Origin: Clostridiales bacterium
GTDB lineage: Bacteria; Bacillota; Clostridia; Oscillospirales; JAAYXM01
Length of the DNA stretch: 41,393 nucleotides
Direction: 5' to 3'
Assembly: GCA_012515925.1 (NCBI GenBank)
Contig: JAAYXM010000196.1
Coordinates: 1 to 41,393 of the forward strand
Shown here: positions 26,024-35,102 of the stretch, piece after piece
Layout: each line of letters starts with the position of its first letter
Numbering within the stretch: position 1 is the stretch's first letter
Position numbers and translations under genes: made by a program
The notes under the pieces: generated by a model
What the model saw: the letters and a program-made list of their open reading frames with translations, nothing else
Told to the model about the DNA's origin: nothing
The model's database searches: none

Positions 26024-26216
26024 CCGCGTGAAAACCGCATGTTCAATGCTGTGCTGTCTCCCACCCCCTTCGGGGGATGGAGACAGCGGACAATTAAACT
26101 TCACAGCTTGCCTGCGCGGTTTTTTAAGTTACTTTACTCCACGGGAGTAAAATAACTTACCTTATCTCTTCACTCTTCTCTTTTCTCTCTTCTGCTCCCC
26201 GACGGGGGAGCAGAAG
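26024..26216 (+). repeat. Structured intergenic repeat, copy A (closing helix, C5/G5 hairpin, two more hairpins, polypyrimidine tract)
   Basis: Hairpin at 26053-26087. Closing helix AAAACCGC (26031-26038) with GCGGTTTT (26116-26123). Further hairpins at 26126-26158 and 26189-26216. Pyrimidine-rich tract at about 26159-26200. Homologous to 36835-36993. Confidence 0.6.
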
Positions 26217-26218
26217 CA

Positions 26219-27148
26219 TTAATACTTAAAGCAGCCGCCGCCTATAAACTCGCGCAGCAAAGAGTCCTTCGGCACAAGCGTTTCGGAAACCGCGCCAAAC
26301 ACCCCGATATGCTTTCCGAGCATGTTAATCTCGTCATATCTTTTTACGCTTTTATCAAGCTCCGGCACATGGAAATAGGTCTTTAACATGTTAACCTCGT
26401 ACGGGTGTGTCGAGTTTATTATTATATCCGCCTTGTTCTTAAACGGTGAAATATAAGCCTTTTCGCCGTTTCTTATGCTGTCCCAGATAGTTAAGGTGAA
26501 ATCCGCTTTTGTGCCGCGGAAGCGTTCGTCACGTATCGTGCGCCGGACAATACGCGTCCACGTGCCCTTAAAATATATTTCGCCGTCAAGCTCGAAATTG
26601 CTGCGGGAGCTGATATACAGCTTGACGCCGTGCCCGCCCGCCGCGGACGTTATAACATCGTTTAACGCGTGTATGCCCTCTATTATGACAATCTCGTTGC
26701 CCATAAGCTTAAGGGGCTTTGTTATTTCGCTGCGCTTCTGGGCGGTGAAATTGAATTTCGGAACCAGAATCTCCTCGCCCTCGGCGAGCTTCGCGATATG
26801 CTCCTTAAGCAAATCTATATCAAGGCACAGCGGCGACTCATAGTCGATTTTGCCGTCGCTTGTGCGCGGCGCGGTATCAGGGTTAACGGTTTTAAAATAA
26901 TTGTCCATCGAAATCGAGTGCGTATTAATTCCGTATTTCTCAAGGGTCGCGGCAAGCTTATGCGCGGTCGTGGTCTTGCCGGACCCGGACGGGCCCGACA
27001 GCAGTACGACGTTGCTTTTTTTAATGCCCCCGGCAATTTTTCGCGCGGCGTCGTCCACCTTTTGAGCATAAGCCGCCTCGCACTCGAGCACAAAGCCCTT
27101 GGCGTCACTTCTTACTCTTTCGTTTATCTCTCTGATATTCAGAACCAC
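26219..27148 (-). CDS. Uridine kinase/phosphoribulokinase-family P-loop kinase
   Basis: Walker A GPSGSGKTT in a 309-aa protein with Udk-like organisation. Substrate not determinable by eye. Confidence 0.6.
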   Translation of the reverse strand: MVLNIREINERVRSDAKGFVLECEAAYAQKVDDAARKIAGGIKKSNVVLLSGPSGSGKTTTAHKLAATLEKYGINTHSISMDNYFKTVNPDTAPRTSDGKIDYESPLCLDIDLLKEHIAKLAEGEEILVPKFNFTAQKRSEITKPLKLMGNEIVIIEGIHALNDVITSAAGGHGVKLYISSRSNFELDGEIYFKGTWTRIVRRTIRDERFRGTKADFTLTIWDSIRNGEKAYISPFKNKADIIINSTHPYEVNMLKTYFHVPELDKSVKRYDEINMLGKHIGVFGAVSETLVPKDSLLREFIGGGCFKY

Positions 27149-27182
27149 AAAATAACTCTCCCTTCGGTTAATGAACGCGTCT

Positions 27183-28658
27183 CTATAAAAAACTTCTCAG
27201 GAATTCTTCGGTTTTTTCGAAATGCCCGATAAGCTTATCCCTTGAATTATTGTATTCATACGGGTACTTGGAATTAAACAGCCTTTCTATCCTGCTCTTG
27301 TCTCGTGAGACAAGCTTCGTAACACCCCCGGCGCCCGCCGAGATAATCGTATGAAGCTCGTTCATTATATAGATATTATATGCCGAGACGTGTCCGGGCA
27401 TCGCGTAACCCGTGTTTTCAAGGTTTCCGGAAATATACTTCTGCCTGTACAGGTAATACGGCTTATACCCCGCGTTTGTTATGCGCTCCGCCGCGTAATC
27501 CACCATTTCCGACACGTCCTCACCGTTTGGCAGCGGCGCGCCCGTGGCTTTGAGATTCGAGCCTTTTTTGATTGACAATGTATGAACCGTGATGTTTTCG
27601 GGGTTTAGGTCAAGCACCTTGTTTATGCTTCTTTTAAAGCCCAGAACCGTGTCGCCCGGAAGCCCCGCAATCAAATCCATGTTTACGGCAAGGCCGCCGG
27701 TTTCACGCACATTTTCCGTCATGCGGATAATATCCGCGCTTGTATGGTTTCGCCCCTGCGCCGCGAGAATCCCGTCGTCCATTGTCTGGGGATTGATGCT
27801 TATGCGCGTGGCGCCGCGGTTCTTAATCGTCAGGATTTTCTCAATATCCGCGGTGTCGGGTCTTCCCGCCTCGACGGTATATTCGACGATATCCGAAAAA
27901 TCGAAGCTTTCGGACACAAAGCCCATAAGGTCGTCAAGCTGCTTATTCTGCAGTACCGTGGGCGTCCCGCCGCCTATATATATCGATTTAAGTCTCATCG
28001 AAAGCTTAGATATGATTTTCGAATACATCGAAAGCTCGTATTTAAGCATGTCGAGATAGGGACCGATGAGATGCCCCGCCTTCTCAATCGAATGGCTCAC
28101 AAACGAGCAGTATTCGCACCTTGTGGCGCAAAACGGTATTCCGATATATAAAGAAAAATCATTCGGCTCTCTTTCCGCCTCGAACCTGAGTCCGCACCGC
28201 GCGACATCGATTAGCAGCGCGCGCTTTTTAGCGGATACGAAATACTCGTTTTCCAAAACCCCGTCGGTTTCGCGCTCCGAAAGTCCCTTCTCAAACAGCT
28301 TCAGCGGTATTTTCGCCGGGCGAATCCCGGTTACCGCGCCCCATGGCGGGTTTTTGCCCAAAAACTCAACCGCGGCTTTGTAGAACGCGGTCCTGACAGC
28401 CCGCCCCGCGTGTCTCGCGTACTCAAGGGGGTTTTCGCCGCGATTTTCCGTCGGGCTTTTGCCGAAGTAAACCTCCCCGTTTCTCGAAAGCTCGCATTCG
28501 GAGTATATATTATCGCCCTCATGCACGAGTGAGATTACGGCATAGTCCCCGTCATCCGGCTTTTTTTCGACTGTCTCGTGCCGCTCGTCGGGGAAAACGC
28601 AAATCGCTATCTGCTGCGCCGGGTATATAAAACCGTGTCCGTCAAGATAAAGCTTCAT
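27183..28658 (-). CDS. hemZ: HemN-family radical SAM protein (coproporphyrinogen dehydrogenase HemZ-like)
   Basis: Radical SAM motif CATRCEYCSF in a 491-aa protein with a HemZ-type N-terminal extension. Confidence 0.75.
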   Translation of the reverse strand: MKLYLDGHGFIYPAQQIAICVFPDERHETVEKKPDDGDYAVISLVHEGDNIYSECELSRNGEVYFGKSPTENRGENPLEYARHAGRAVRTAFYKAAVEFLGKNPPWGAVTGIRPAKIPLKLFEKGLSERETDGVLENEYFVSAKKRALLIDVARCGLRFEAEREPNDFSLYIGIPFCATRCEYCSFVSHSIEKAGHLIGPYLDMLKYELSMYSKIISKLSMRLKSIYIGGGTPTVLQNKQLDDLMGFVSESFDFSDIVEYTVEAGRPDTADIEKILTIKNRGATRISINPQTMDDGILAAQGRNHTSADIIRMTENVRETGGLAVNMDLIAGLPGDTVLGFKRSINKVLDLNPENITVHTLSIKKGSNLKATGAPLPNGEDVSEMVDYAAERITNAGYKPYYLYRQKYISGNLENTGYAMPGHVSAYNIYIMNELHTIISAGAGGVTKLVSRDKSRIERLFNSKYPYEYNNSRDKLIGHFEKTEEFLRSFL

Positions 28659-29290
28659 GCTCCCGACGCCTCTGACATGTACGGATTGTTTTTCCGCTCA
28701 TATTCCAGTGTGCTTGCCTCGCCGTGACCCGGGTATATTTCGTAATCTCCCTTAAGGTTGTTAAGCTTTTTCAGAGAGCGCAGCATTTCGCCGTAGTCGC
28801 CGCCTATAAGATCACAGCGCCCGCAGTTTTCCTTAAACAGCGTGTCGCCGGAGAAAATCGCGCCGCCTAAAATTGCGCAGATACTGCCCTCCGAATGCCC
28901 CGGCGTGTGCAGGATTTTTGCGGACAAGCCGCCGGCGGAAAGCTCGTCCCCGTCGTTTAATACAATATCCGGCACGAGCGCCTTGTGCCGTCTCGCGTGA
29001 AAATATTTATGCCCGGAAATCTCCGGGTCACGAAGTCTTTCTTTTTCAAGCGCGTGCGCGCAAAGCTTCGCGTCCGTCATATCGAGCAGGTCATAGACAC
29101 CCAATACATGGTCGAAATGCGCATGGGTTAAGATAATATACTCCGCTTTAAGCTTACGCTCGTCCAATTCACGGAGTATCCTGCTCGCGCTATCGCCCGG
29201 GTCTATTAAAAACGCCTTGTCCGAGCCTTTTTCATATACAATATAGCAGTTTGTCCCGATAAGCCCTACCTTAAGCCTTACTATCTCCAA
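28655..29290 (-). CDS. MBL-fold metallo-hydrolase
   Basis: THAHFDH zinc-binding motif. It is 211 aa, and its stop overlaps the hemZ start in a 4-nt ATGA junction. Confidence 0.85.
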   Translation of the reverse strand: MEIVRLKVGLIGTNCYIVYEKGSDKAFLIDPGDSASRILRELDERKLKAEYIILTHAHFDHVLGVYDLLDMTDAKLCAHALEKERLRDPEISGHKYFHARRHKALVPDIVLNDGDELSAGGLSAKILHTPGHSEGSICAILGGAIFSGDTLFKENCGRCDLIGGDYGEMLRSLKKLNNLKGDYEIYPGHGEASTLEYERKNNPYMSEASGA

Positions 29291-29341
29291 AGCGAAATCT
29301 ACCTGCCTTATCGTTATCTTCGGTTAGTACTCCCACAAAAA

Positions 29342-31519
29342 TCAACCTGATGAGCGTTTAATGTCGATTGTGCCGGAAACGCCTCTTAGCTTGCTTATAA
29401 CCTGCTCTAACTGCTCGGTTCCGTTAACGTCCATAACCATATTTATAACCGCGTACCCGTCGCCCAATGCCCTCGCGTCCATCTGGTGCACCGGGATTTT
29501 AAGCCCGCTTAGGATAGTCGCGATATCCATAAGCAGATTCATGCGGTCCTTCGCGGAAATCTGCAGCGAGGTCTGGAATCTGTCCTGCACGTCGTCCGCC
29601 CAGATTACGCGAATCCAGCGGCTCAAATCGTCCGAGTTTTCCATCGCGTTTGTAACGTTTTTGCAGTCCATCCTGTGTACCGAAACGCCGTAACCGCGCG
29701 TTATAAACCCGATAATCGCGTCCCCGGGTATGGGCGTGCAGCAGCGCGCGAACTTCACAAGACAGTTGTCGACGCCCGGAACGATAACGCCCGAGTCGGA
29801 CGTTTTCTGCTTAGGCGCCGCCTTAAGCTTTTCGATAATCTGCTCGTGCCCGCGAAGCTTTCCGCGAAGCAGCTCATCGCGAATCCTGTTTACTACGCGG
29901 TTTATTTTTATGCCGCCGTAGCCGAGGCTCGCGAGCATCTCGTCAGGCGCTTTGAACGACAGACGCTTGCAGACTGTTTTGAAAGCCTCCTCAAGGTCGG
30001 CTGCGGAAAGCTCTATCCCGAGTCTCTTGAACTCACGGTCAAGCTCGCTTCGACCGCGGGCGATGTTCTCCTCGCGGCATTCCTTTTTGAACCACTGCTT
30101 AATTTTATTGCGGGCGCCGCTGGTCTTCGCGATTTTAATCCAGTCCCGGCTGGGGCCGTGGGCGTTTTTCTGCGTAAGAACCTCGACTATCTCGCCGCTT
30201 TTAAGCTGGTAGTCAAGCTGCACTATCCTGCCGTTTACCTTGGCGCCGATCATTCTGTTTCCGACCGCGGAGTGTATCGAATAGGCAAAGTCAATCGGCG
30301 TCGAGCCGGCGGGCAGACTGACAACGTCGCCCTTCGGCGTGAACACGTAAACCGCGTCGCCGAACATATCTGTTTTGAGCGAGCGTATGAACTCCTCGCC
30401 GTCAACATCCTGCTGGTTCTCCAGAAGCTGACGCACCCACGCGAGCTTTTCGTCAAGGTTGTCCTTGCCCGACACGCCGGATTTGTATTTCCAATGCGCC
30501 GCGATGCCGTATTCCGCGGTATGGTGCATGTCGTGCGTGCGAATCTGCACCTCTAAGGGTATGCCCTCCCGCCCTATGACCGTGGTATGCAGCGACTGGT
30601 ACATATTCGGCTTGGGTGTGCTTATATAATCCTTGAACCTGCCTGGTATCGGCCGGTATAAATCATGAATAAAACCCAACACGTTATAGCAGTCCGCGAC
30701 GGTTTCAACGATAACGCGCATAGCGTAAAGGTCGTACACCTCGCTTATATCCTTATGCTGGGTATACATTTTCCTGTAAATGCTGTATAAATGCTTGACC
30801 CTGCCCGCGACCTCGGCGTTAATCCCGGCCTGCTTAAGCCGCTCGGCCATTCTGTCCTTGATATGGTTTAAAAACTCCACGCGCTCGGGGCGGCGGCGCT
30901 CGAGCTCGTCCATAATCTCCTGATAGCCCACCGGGTCTAAATACTTAAGAGAAAGGTCCTCAAGCTCCCACTTGATTTTCTGCATCCCCAGCCTGTGCGC
31001 GAGCGGCGCGTAAACCTCCATTGTCTCAAGCGCCTTTTCACGCTGCTTATCGGGCTTCTGATATTCTATCGTACGCATATTATGCAGCCTGTCGGCAATT
31101 TTTATCAAAATAACACGGATGTCCTTGCCCATCGCGAGAAACATCTTTCGCAGGTTTTCAATCTGCTCTTCTTCCTTGCTCGTATACGGCATTCTCGTGA
31201 GCTTGGACACGCCCTCGACAATATCCGCCACCTCGGTCCCGAACAGGCTCCTGATTTTTTCGTAATTAAGCTCGGTATCCTCAATACAGTCATGCAGGAG
31301 TGCCGCGATGACGGACTCCGTGTCAAGCTCCATATCCGCGATAATCTCCGCGACCGCAAGCGGGTGCGTGACGTAGGGGCTTCCGTCACGGCGCTTCTGT
31401 CCCTCGTGCGCGGCGCGCGCGACATCAAAAGCCGCGCGGATTCTATCCGTCCCGGCATTGGGCAGATAACTCTTTATTCTCTCTATGAGCTTTTCATATC
31501 TTTGTTCCAAATCGGTCAT
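29342..31519 (-). CDS. relA: Bifunctional (p)ppGpp synthetase/hydrolase Rel
   Basis: HD hydrolase motif (HDCIEDT), synthetase domain (YRPIPGRFKDYISTPKPNMYQSLHT), then TGS and ACT domains. Length is 725 aa. Confidence 0.95.
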   Translation of the reverse strand: MTDLEQRYEKLIERIKSYLPNAGTDRIRAAFDVARAAHEGQKRRDGSPYVTHPLAVAEIIADMELDTESVIAALLHDCIEDTELNYEKIRSLFGTEVADIVEGVSKLTRMPYTSKEEEQIENLRKMFLAMGKDIRVILIKIADRLHNMRTIEYQKPDKQREKALETMEVYAPLAHRLGMQKIKWELEDLSLKYLDPVGYQEIMDELERRRPERVEFLNHIKDRMAERLKQAGINAEVAGRVKHLYSIYRKMYTQHKDISEVYDLYAMRVIVETVADCYNVLGFIHDLYRPIPGRFKDYISTPKPNMYQSLHTTVIGREGIPLEVQIRTHDMHHTAEYGIAAHWKYKSGVSGKDNLDEKLAWVRQLLENQQDVDGEEFIRSLKTDMFGDAVYVFTPKGDVVSLPAGSTPIDFAYSIHSAVGNRMIGAKVNGRIVQLDYQLKSGEIVEVLTQKNAHGPSRDWIKIAKTSGARNKIKQWFKKECREENIARGRSELDREFKRLGIELSAADLEEAFKTVCKRLSFKAPDEMLASLGYGGIKINRVVNRIRDELLRGKLRGHEQIIEKLKAAPKQKTSDSGVIVPGVDNCLVKFARCCTPIPGDAIIGFITRGYGVSVHRMDCKNVTNAMENSDDLSRWIRVIWADDVQDRFQTSLQISAKDRMNLLMDIATILSGLKIPVHQMDARALGDGYAVINMVMDVNGTEQLEQVISKLRGVSGTIDIKRSSG

Positions 31520-31690
31520 ACAAACCTACCCCCGAATAAAACCGTCAAGCCGCGCGCCGGAATAAACCGGGATTATTATTCAGATATATCGGTAATTTAT
31601 GTTTTCTGTTTATTATATCAAAAAGCACGAATAAACACAACTTTGAGAAGGGTTTATTTTATCGTGAATTTTCAGCACAGCATATGTGTT

Positions 31691-31779
31691 TTCTATCCCC
31701 CAATGGGGGAGAGAATACCTTCACTTATTATGCCGAATTTTTTCCATAGCCCGATTGGGTGCTTCCCCCTCCGGTGGAA
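31691..31779. repeat. Two short C5/G5-type hairpins, possible degenerate relatives of the 26-kb and 36.9-kb repeat
   Basis: TTCTATCCCCC-AAT-GGGGGAGAGAA at 31691-31715 and TTCCCCC-TCC-GGTGGAA at 31763-31779. Neither has a U-run on either strand. Confidence 0.35.
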
Positions 31780-31791
31780 AAGAAAAACTTC

Positions 31792-32490
31792 TTATTCGGT
31801 CATACCGTATTTTTTCCTTACCCGCGAAATCTTAGCGAGCATAGGGCGTGTCAGAAGAAACAGGAATACTCCCGTTGCTATGCTGTGAGCGACGTTGAAC
31901 CTAAACCCCGCGGCATAGGAGACAAAAAGCGCTTTCCATGAAAACTCGGGCACGATAAAAAACATGGAGGCAAAATCCATAATGCCGCCGTATATAGCGA
32001 ATACTGATATAACGCCGAACGCGCATACATACCCGCGCCGGGCGGGAACGCGCAGTCTTCCGAACAAAAAGCCCGCAAGCCAGCCGATAATCCCCATGCC
32101 CAACATCTGCCAAGGCGTCCACGGTCCCTGCCCGAAAAACATATTCGAGACGAACGCCGAGAGAGAGCCCGCCATGAACCCTGTTTCCGCGCCGAGCGCG
32201 ATACCCGAGATAATTATAACCGCGATTATTGCCTTAAACTGCGGAATCATATAAAACACAACCCTGCCCGAAACCGCGACCGCGATCAGAACCGCAATAA
32301 GGACAATATCCCGCGCCATCGGGCGGCGCTTCTCATACTTAAGATAAAAGCCGAGAATCGATAAAGCTATAATTATTATACTGATTAAGTAGTAACCGCG
32401 TCCGCGGCTTCCCGCAGGCAGCAGCAATAAGAATATAACCGCCGCCGCGGCAAGCAGCGCGCCGACGGCTTTTCCCGCAATGTTTTTCAT
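31792..32490 (-). CDS. ECF transporter S (substrate-capture) component, substrate unknown
   Basis: 232-aa, highly hydrophobic protein, last gene of a T-AA'-S operon. It carries the motif FFGQGPWTPWQM. It overlaps the ATPase stop by 4 nt. Confidence 0.65.
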   Translation of the reverse strand: MKNIAGKAVGALLAAAAVIFLLLLPAGSRGRGYYLISIIIIALSILGFYLKYEKRRPMARDIVLIAVLIAVAVSGRVVFYMIPQFKAIIAVIIISGIALGAETGFMAGSLSAFVSNMFFGQGPWTPWQMLGMGIIGWLAGFLFGRLRVPARRGYVCAFGVISVFAIYGGIMDFASMFFIVPEFSWKALFVSYAAGFRFNVAHSIATGVFLFLLTRPMLAKISRVRKKYGMTE

Positions 32491-34115
32491 ATGCCCTCTT
32501 CCTTCAGAGCGTTTACTATATCACCGGGCGTCACGGCCGCGGAAATAATCCCGCGGGACATCCGGCTTGCCGCGGTAGTATAGAAGCTGTTTCCGCCAAA
32601 GAAGTATTTCGGGATATTCTCCGTTATGTTAATCCCGTCAAACAGCATGGCGCACCTGTCGGAGACGCCGGCGCAAAACTCTAAATCGTGGGACACGATT
32701 ACGATTGCCTTCCCGCTGTCCGCGAGACTTTTAAGTATTTTTGAAAACTCCTTCTTGAAGAAACCGTCAAAGCCCTTTGTGGGCTCGTCAAGCAGCAATA
32801 TACCGGGGTCCCGCAAAAGCAGCTTCGCGAGCGCCGCCTTTTGCTGCTCGCCGCCGCTTAAATCATACGGGTGGCTTTCAAGCAGGTGCGTTATACCCAG
32901 AAGCTTCGCGATTTCATAAACCCGGTTTATGTTCCCGGCCGCCTCCTCCAAATCCTTCTTTACGCTGTCGGTTAAGAATACCGTTTTCGCGTCCTGCGGC
33001 AGCATTCCGATATTCCCGCCCTTAGATGCCGGCTTCCCGAATAGCTTTACCTTGCCGCGATAAGGCTTAAGGGCGCCCGACATAACTGAAAGCGCGGTGG
33101 TCTTCCCCGCCCCGTTTCCGCCGGCGACCGATACAATCTCGCCGGGCATTACCGAAATCGAAAACCCGCGCAGCACGTCCGCGGAGCTTTTTTCATATCT
33201 GAACCATACGTTATCAAGCTCGAGCGCGGGTTTGCCGTCAACGGTTTTCTCTTTTAAATCCGTGTCCGCCGATACGGCTTCGGGGGTTTTTATCAGAGTG
33301 GAAAGCCACTTTCTGCCCTGCCCCACCGTAAGCGGGCACTCGCCCGGGGCGCGGCTTTCCGCGTATACGCGAACCGGCGTCGGCATGGACATCAGCATAT
33401 CATGCCCGCGCCCGATTAAGTCAACGCATACATCGGAGGGCTTACCCTGCGCGAGTATTTCGCCGTTATCCATTACAACAAGCCTATCCGAGAGGTGCAA
33501 AAGCTCCTCAAGCCTGTGCTCGCTGATTATTACCGTAACACCGAGCTCGCGGTTTATCCGGTGAATTGTATGTATAAACTCCAAAGCGGCTATCGGGTCA
33601 AGCTGGGACGTGGGCTCGTCTAAAACCAGAACCGAGGGCTGCATCGCCATAATTCCGGCGAGATTCAGAAGCTGCTTTTGCCCGCCCGAGAGCTTGTCAA
33701 CAGGTTTTCGAAACCACTCGCCGATACCGAAATAATACGCGGTTTCCGCAACCCTGATACGTATCGTACGGGTGTCATATCCTAAGCTTTCAAGACCGAA
33801 CGCGAGCTCGTGCCAGACCTTATCCGTCACAATCTGGTTGTCCGGGCTTTGAAACACAAAACCGATTTCCGCCGCCTGCCGGCGCGGGTCAAGCTCACGC
33901 ACCGGGCGGCCGGAAAACAACACTTCGCCCGCGCACCTGCCGTGGGGCGTAATAGCGGGCTTAAGATGCCGGAGCAGCGTCGTTTTGCCCGAGCCGGTCT
34001 TCCCGCACAGGGTTACAAACTCGCCACGGGCTATGTCAAGGCTTACCTCTCTTAAAACGGGCTTTTCGCCCGTAGGGTAGGTAAACGTCAAATCTTTAAT
34101 CTGAAATACGTCCAT
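32487..34115 (-). CDS. ECF transporter fused double ATPase (EcfA-EcfA')
   Basis: Two complete ABC cassettes. The first has GKTGSGKTT, LSGGQKQ and LVLDEPTS. The second has GGNGAGKTT, LSGGEQQ and LLLDEPT. Confidence 0.88.
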   Translation of the reverse strand: MDVFQIKDLTFTYPTGEKPVLREVSLDIARGEFVTLCGKTGSGKTTLLRHLKPAITPHGRCAGEVLFSGRPVRELDPRRQAAEIGFVFQSPDNQIVTDKVWHELAFGLESLGYDTRTIRIRVAETAYYFGIGEWFRKPVDKLSGGQKQLLNLAGIMAMQPSVLVLDEPTSQLDPIAALEFIHTIHRINRELGVTVIISEHRLEELLHLSDRLVVMDNGEILAQGKPSDVCVDLIGRGHDMLMSMPTPVRVYAESRAPGECPLTVGQGRKWLSTLIKTPEAVSADTDLKEKTVDGKPALELDNVWFRYEKSSADVLRGFSISVMPGEIVSVAGGNGAGKTTALSVMSGALKPYRGKVKLFGKPASKGGNIGMLPQDAKTVFLTDSVKKDLEEAAGNINRVYEIAKLLGITHLLESHPYDLSGGEQQKAALAKLLLRDPGILLLDEPTKGFDGFFKKEFSKILKSLADSGKAIVIVSHDLEFCAGVSDRCAMLFDGINITENIPKYFFGGNSFYTTAASRMSRGIISAAVTPGDIVNALKEEGI

Positions 34116-34978
34116 TTAAGTTGCTCCAGTCCCTCAAGAATAAGCGGCAGCGCGCAAAGCATACCGTATAAAACGCAGGCAGAACCGTACATAAACGAAA
34201 AATCCGCGGTTCTGAGCACGGGATAAAACTCGATTCCCGAAACCCCCGCGGCCGCGGCTGCGATTACAATTACGGAGAAAAGTATAATCAGGGCTAAAAC
34301 ATACGCGTCGCGGCGCGTAAAGGTATACAGCGAAAAGCTTGTGCGGCCGGGAAGCCCGAACCCCCGCGCTTTCATCGAATCCGCGGTTTCAATTGAGTTT
34401 TCGAGTGCCCAGGTGGTCATCGCGGAAAGTATCATCATAGCTTCTTTGGCGCGCCTTATTTTTCCCGTCCCCCTCGTTTCTTGCCCCAGACATCTCTGCG
34501 CGGTCGAAATCTGCCGAAGCCGTATTCCGAAGCGCGGCACAAAGCACAGCGTCATCGTGATGATAAGCGAGAGCGCGGGCAAAGGCTTTCCGAACATATA
34601 AATAAACTTATCGCTCGTCATAATCTCGCCGTAGCACGAAAACCATAAAAAAACGCTCATAAGCATAACCCCGGTCAGTAAGCCGTACAATACGGATTCC
34701 AGCGTAACCGGGTTTCCCGAAAACGTATAGAACAGGATGTTCGCGCCGCGGTGGTTTACAAGCGGGTTTATCAGAGCGGCCATAAGCGCCGCGGGAAGCA
34801 GGAATTTCATTTGGGACAGCACTGCCCGCCCGCCCTTTAAATACACGGCGTAAATCAGCGATACGAAAAACGAGATGCCCGCCATAACCGGGTTTGTAAA
34901 TAACACCGTGAACACGACTACCGAGAAAAAAAAGCCAAACCCGACAACCGGGTGATACGCGCCGAAGGTATTGTTCAT
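34088..34978 (-). CDS. ECF transporter transmembrane (T) component, EcfT/CbiQ family
   Basis: Multi-TM protein with an ARG coupling-helix signature (SMKARGF). I use the start at 34978 (MNNTFGAY). The track ORF adds 30 codons that run through the promoter and terminator region. Confidence 0.75.
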   Translation of the reverse strand: MNNTFGAYHPVVGFGFFFSVVVFTVLFTNPVMAGISFFVSLIYAVYLKGGRAVLSQMKFLLPAALMAALINPLVNHRGANILFYTFSGNPVTLESVLYGLLTGVMLMSVFLWFSCYGEIMTSDKFIYMFGKPLPALSLIITMTLCFVPRFGIRLRQISTAQRCLGQETRGTGKIRRAKEAMMILSAMTTWALENSIETADSMKARGFGLPGRTSFSLYTFTRRDAYVLALIILFSVIVIAAAAAGVSGIEFYPVLRTADFSFMYGSACVLYGMLCALPLILEGLEQLKWTYFRLKI

Positions 34979-35016
34979 AAAAACACACTTTCGCAGCTTT
35001 TTGGGGTTATTTATTA

Positions 35017-35055
35017 ATTTTATATCAATTGCCGCGTTTGTCAAGCAAACGCGGC
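35017..35055 (-). promoter_or_regulatory. Candidate promoter of the ECF operon, overlapped by a perfect 10-bp inverted repeat
   Basis: On the minus strand: TTGACA (35039-35044), a 16-nt spacer, then TAAAAT (35017-35022). The inverted repeat is GCCGCGTTTG (35031-35040) with CAAACGCGGC (35046-35055) around a 5-nt loop, and it covers the -35 element. Confidence 0.4.
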
Positions 35056-35092
35056 AAAATAACAGCACGGCGCACCGTATGACGCGCCGTGC
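35053..35092 (-). terminator. Intrinsic terminator after trpB2
   Basis: On the minus strand, GCACGGCGC-(10-nt loop)-GCGCCGTGC (35065-35092) is followed by TGTTATTTTG. Confidence 0.65.
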
Positions 35093-35102
35093 AAACCGTC
35101 GT

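Noticed and set aside
26189-26216. The hairpin abutting the kinase-gene stop codon as a standard intrinsic terminator.
   Set aside because: The 12-bp GC-rich stem is followed on the minus strand by a purine-rich tract, not by a U-run. It may still pause or stabilise RNA, but it fits better as part of the repeat element.
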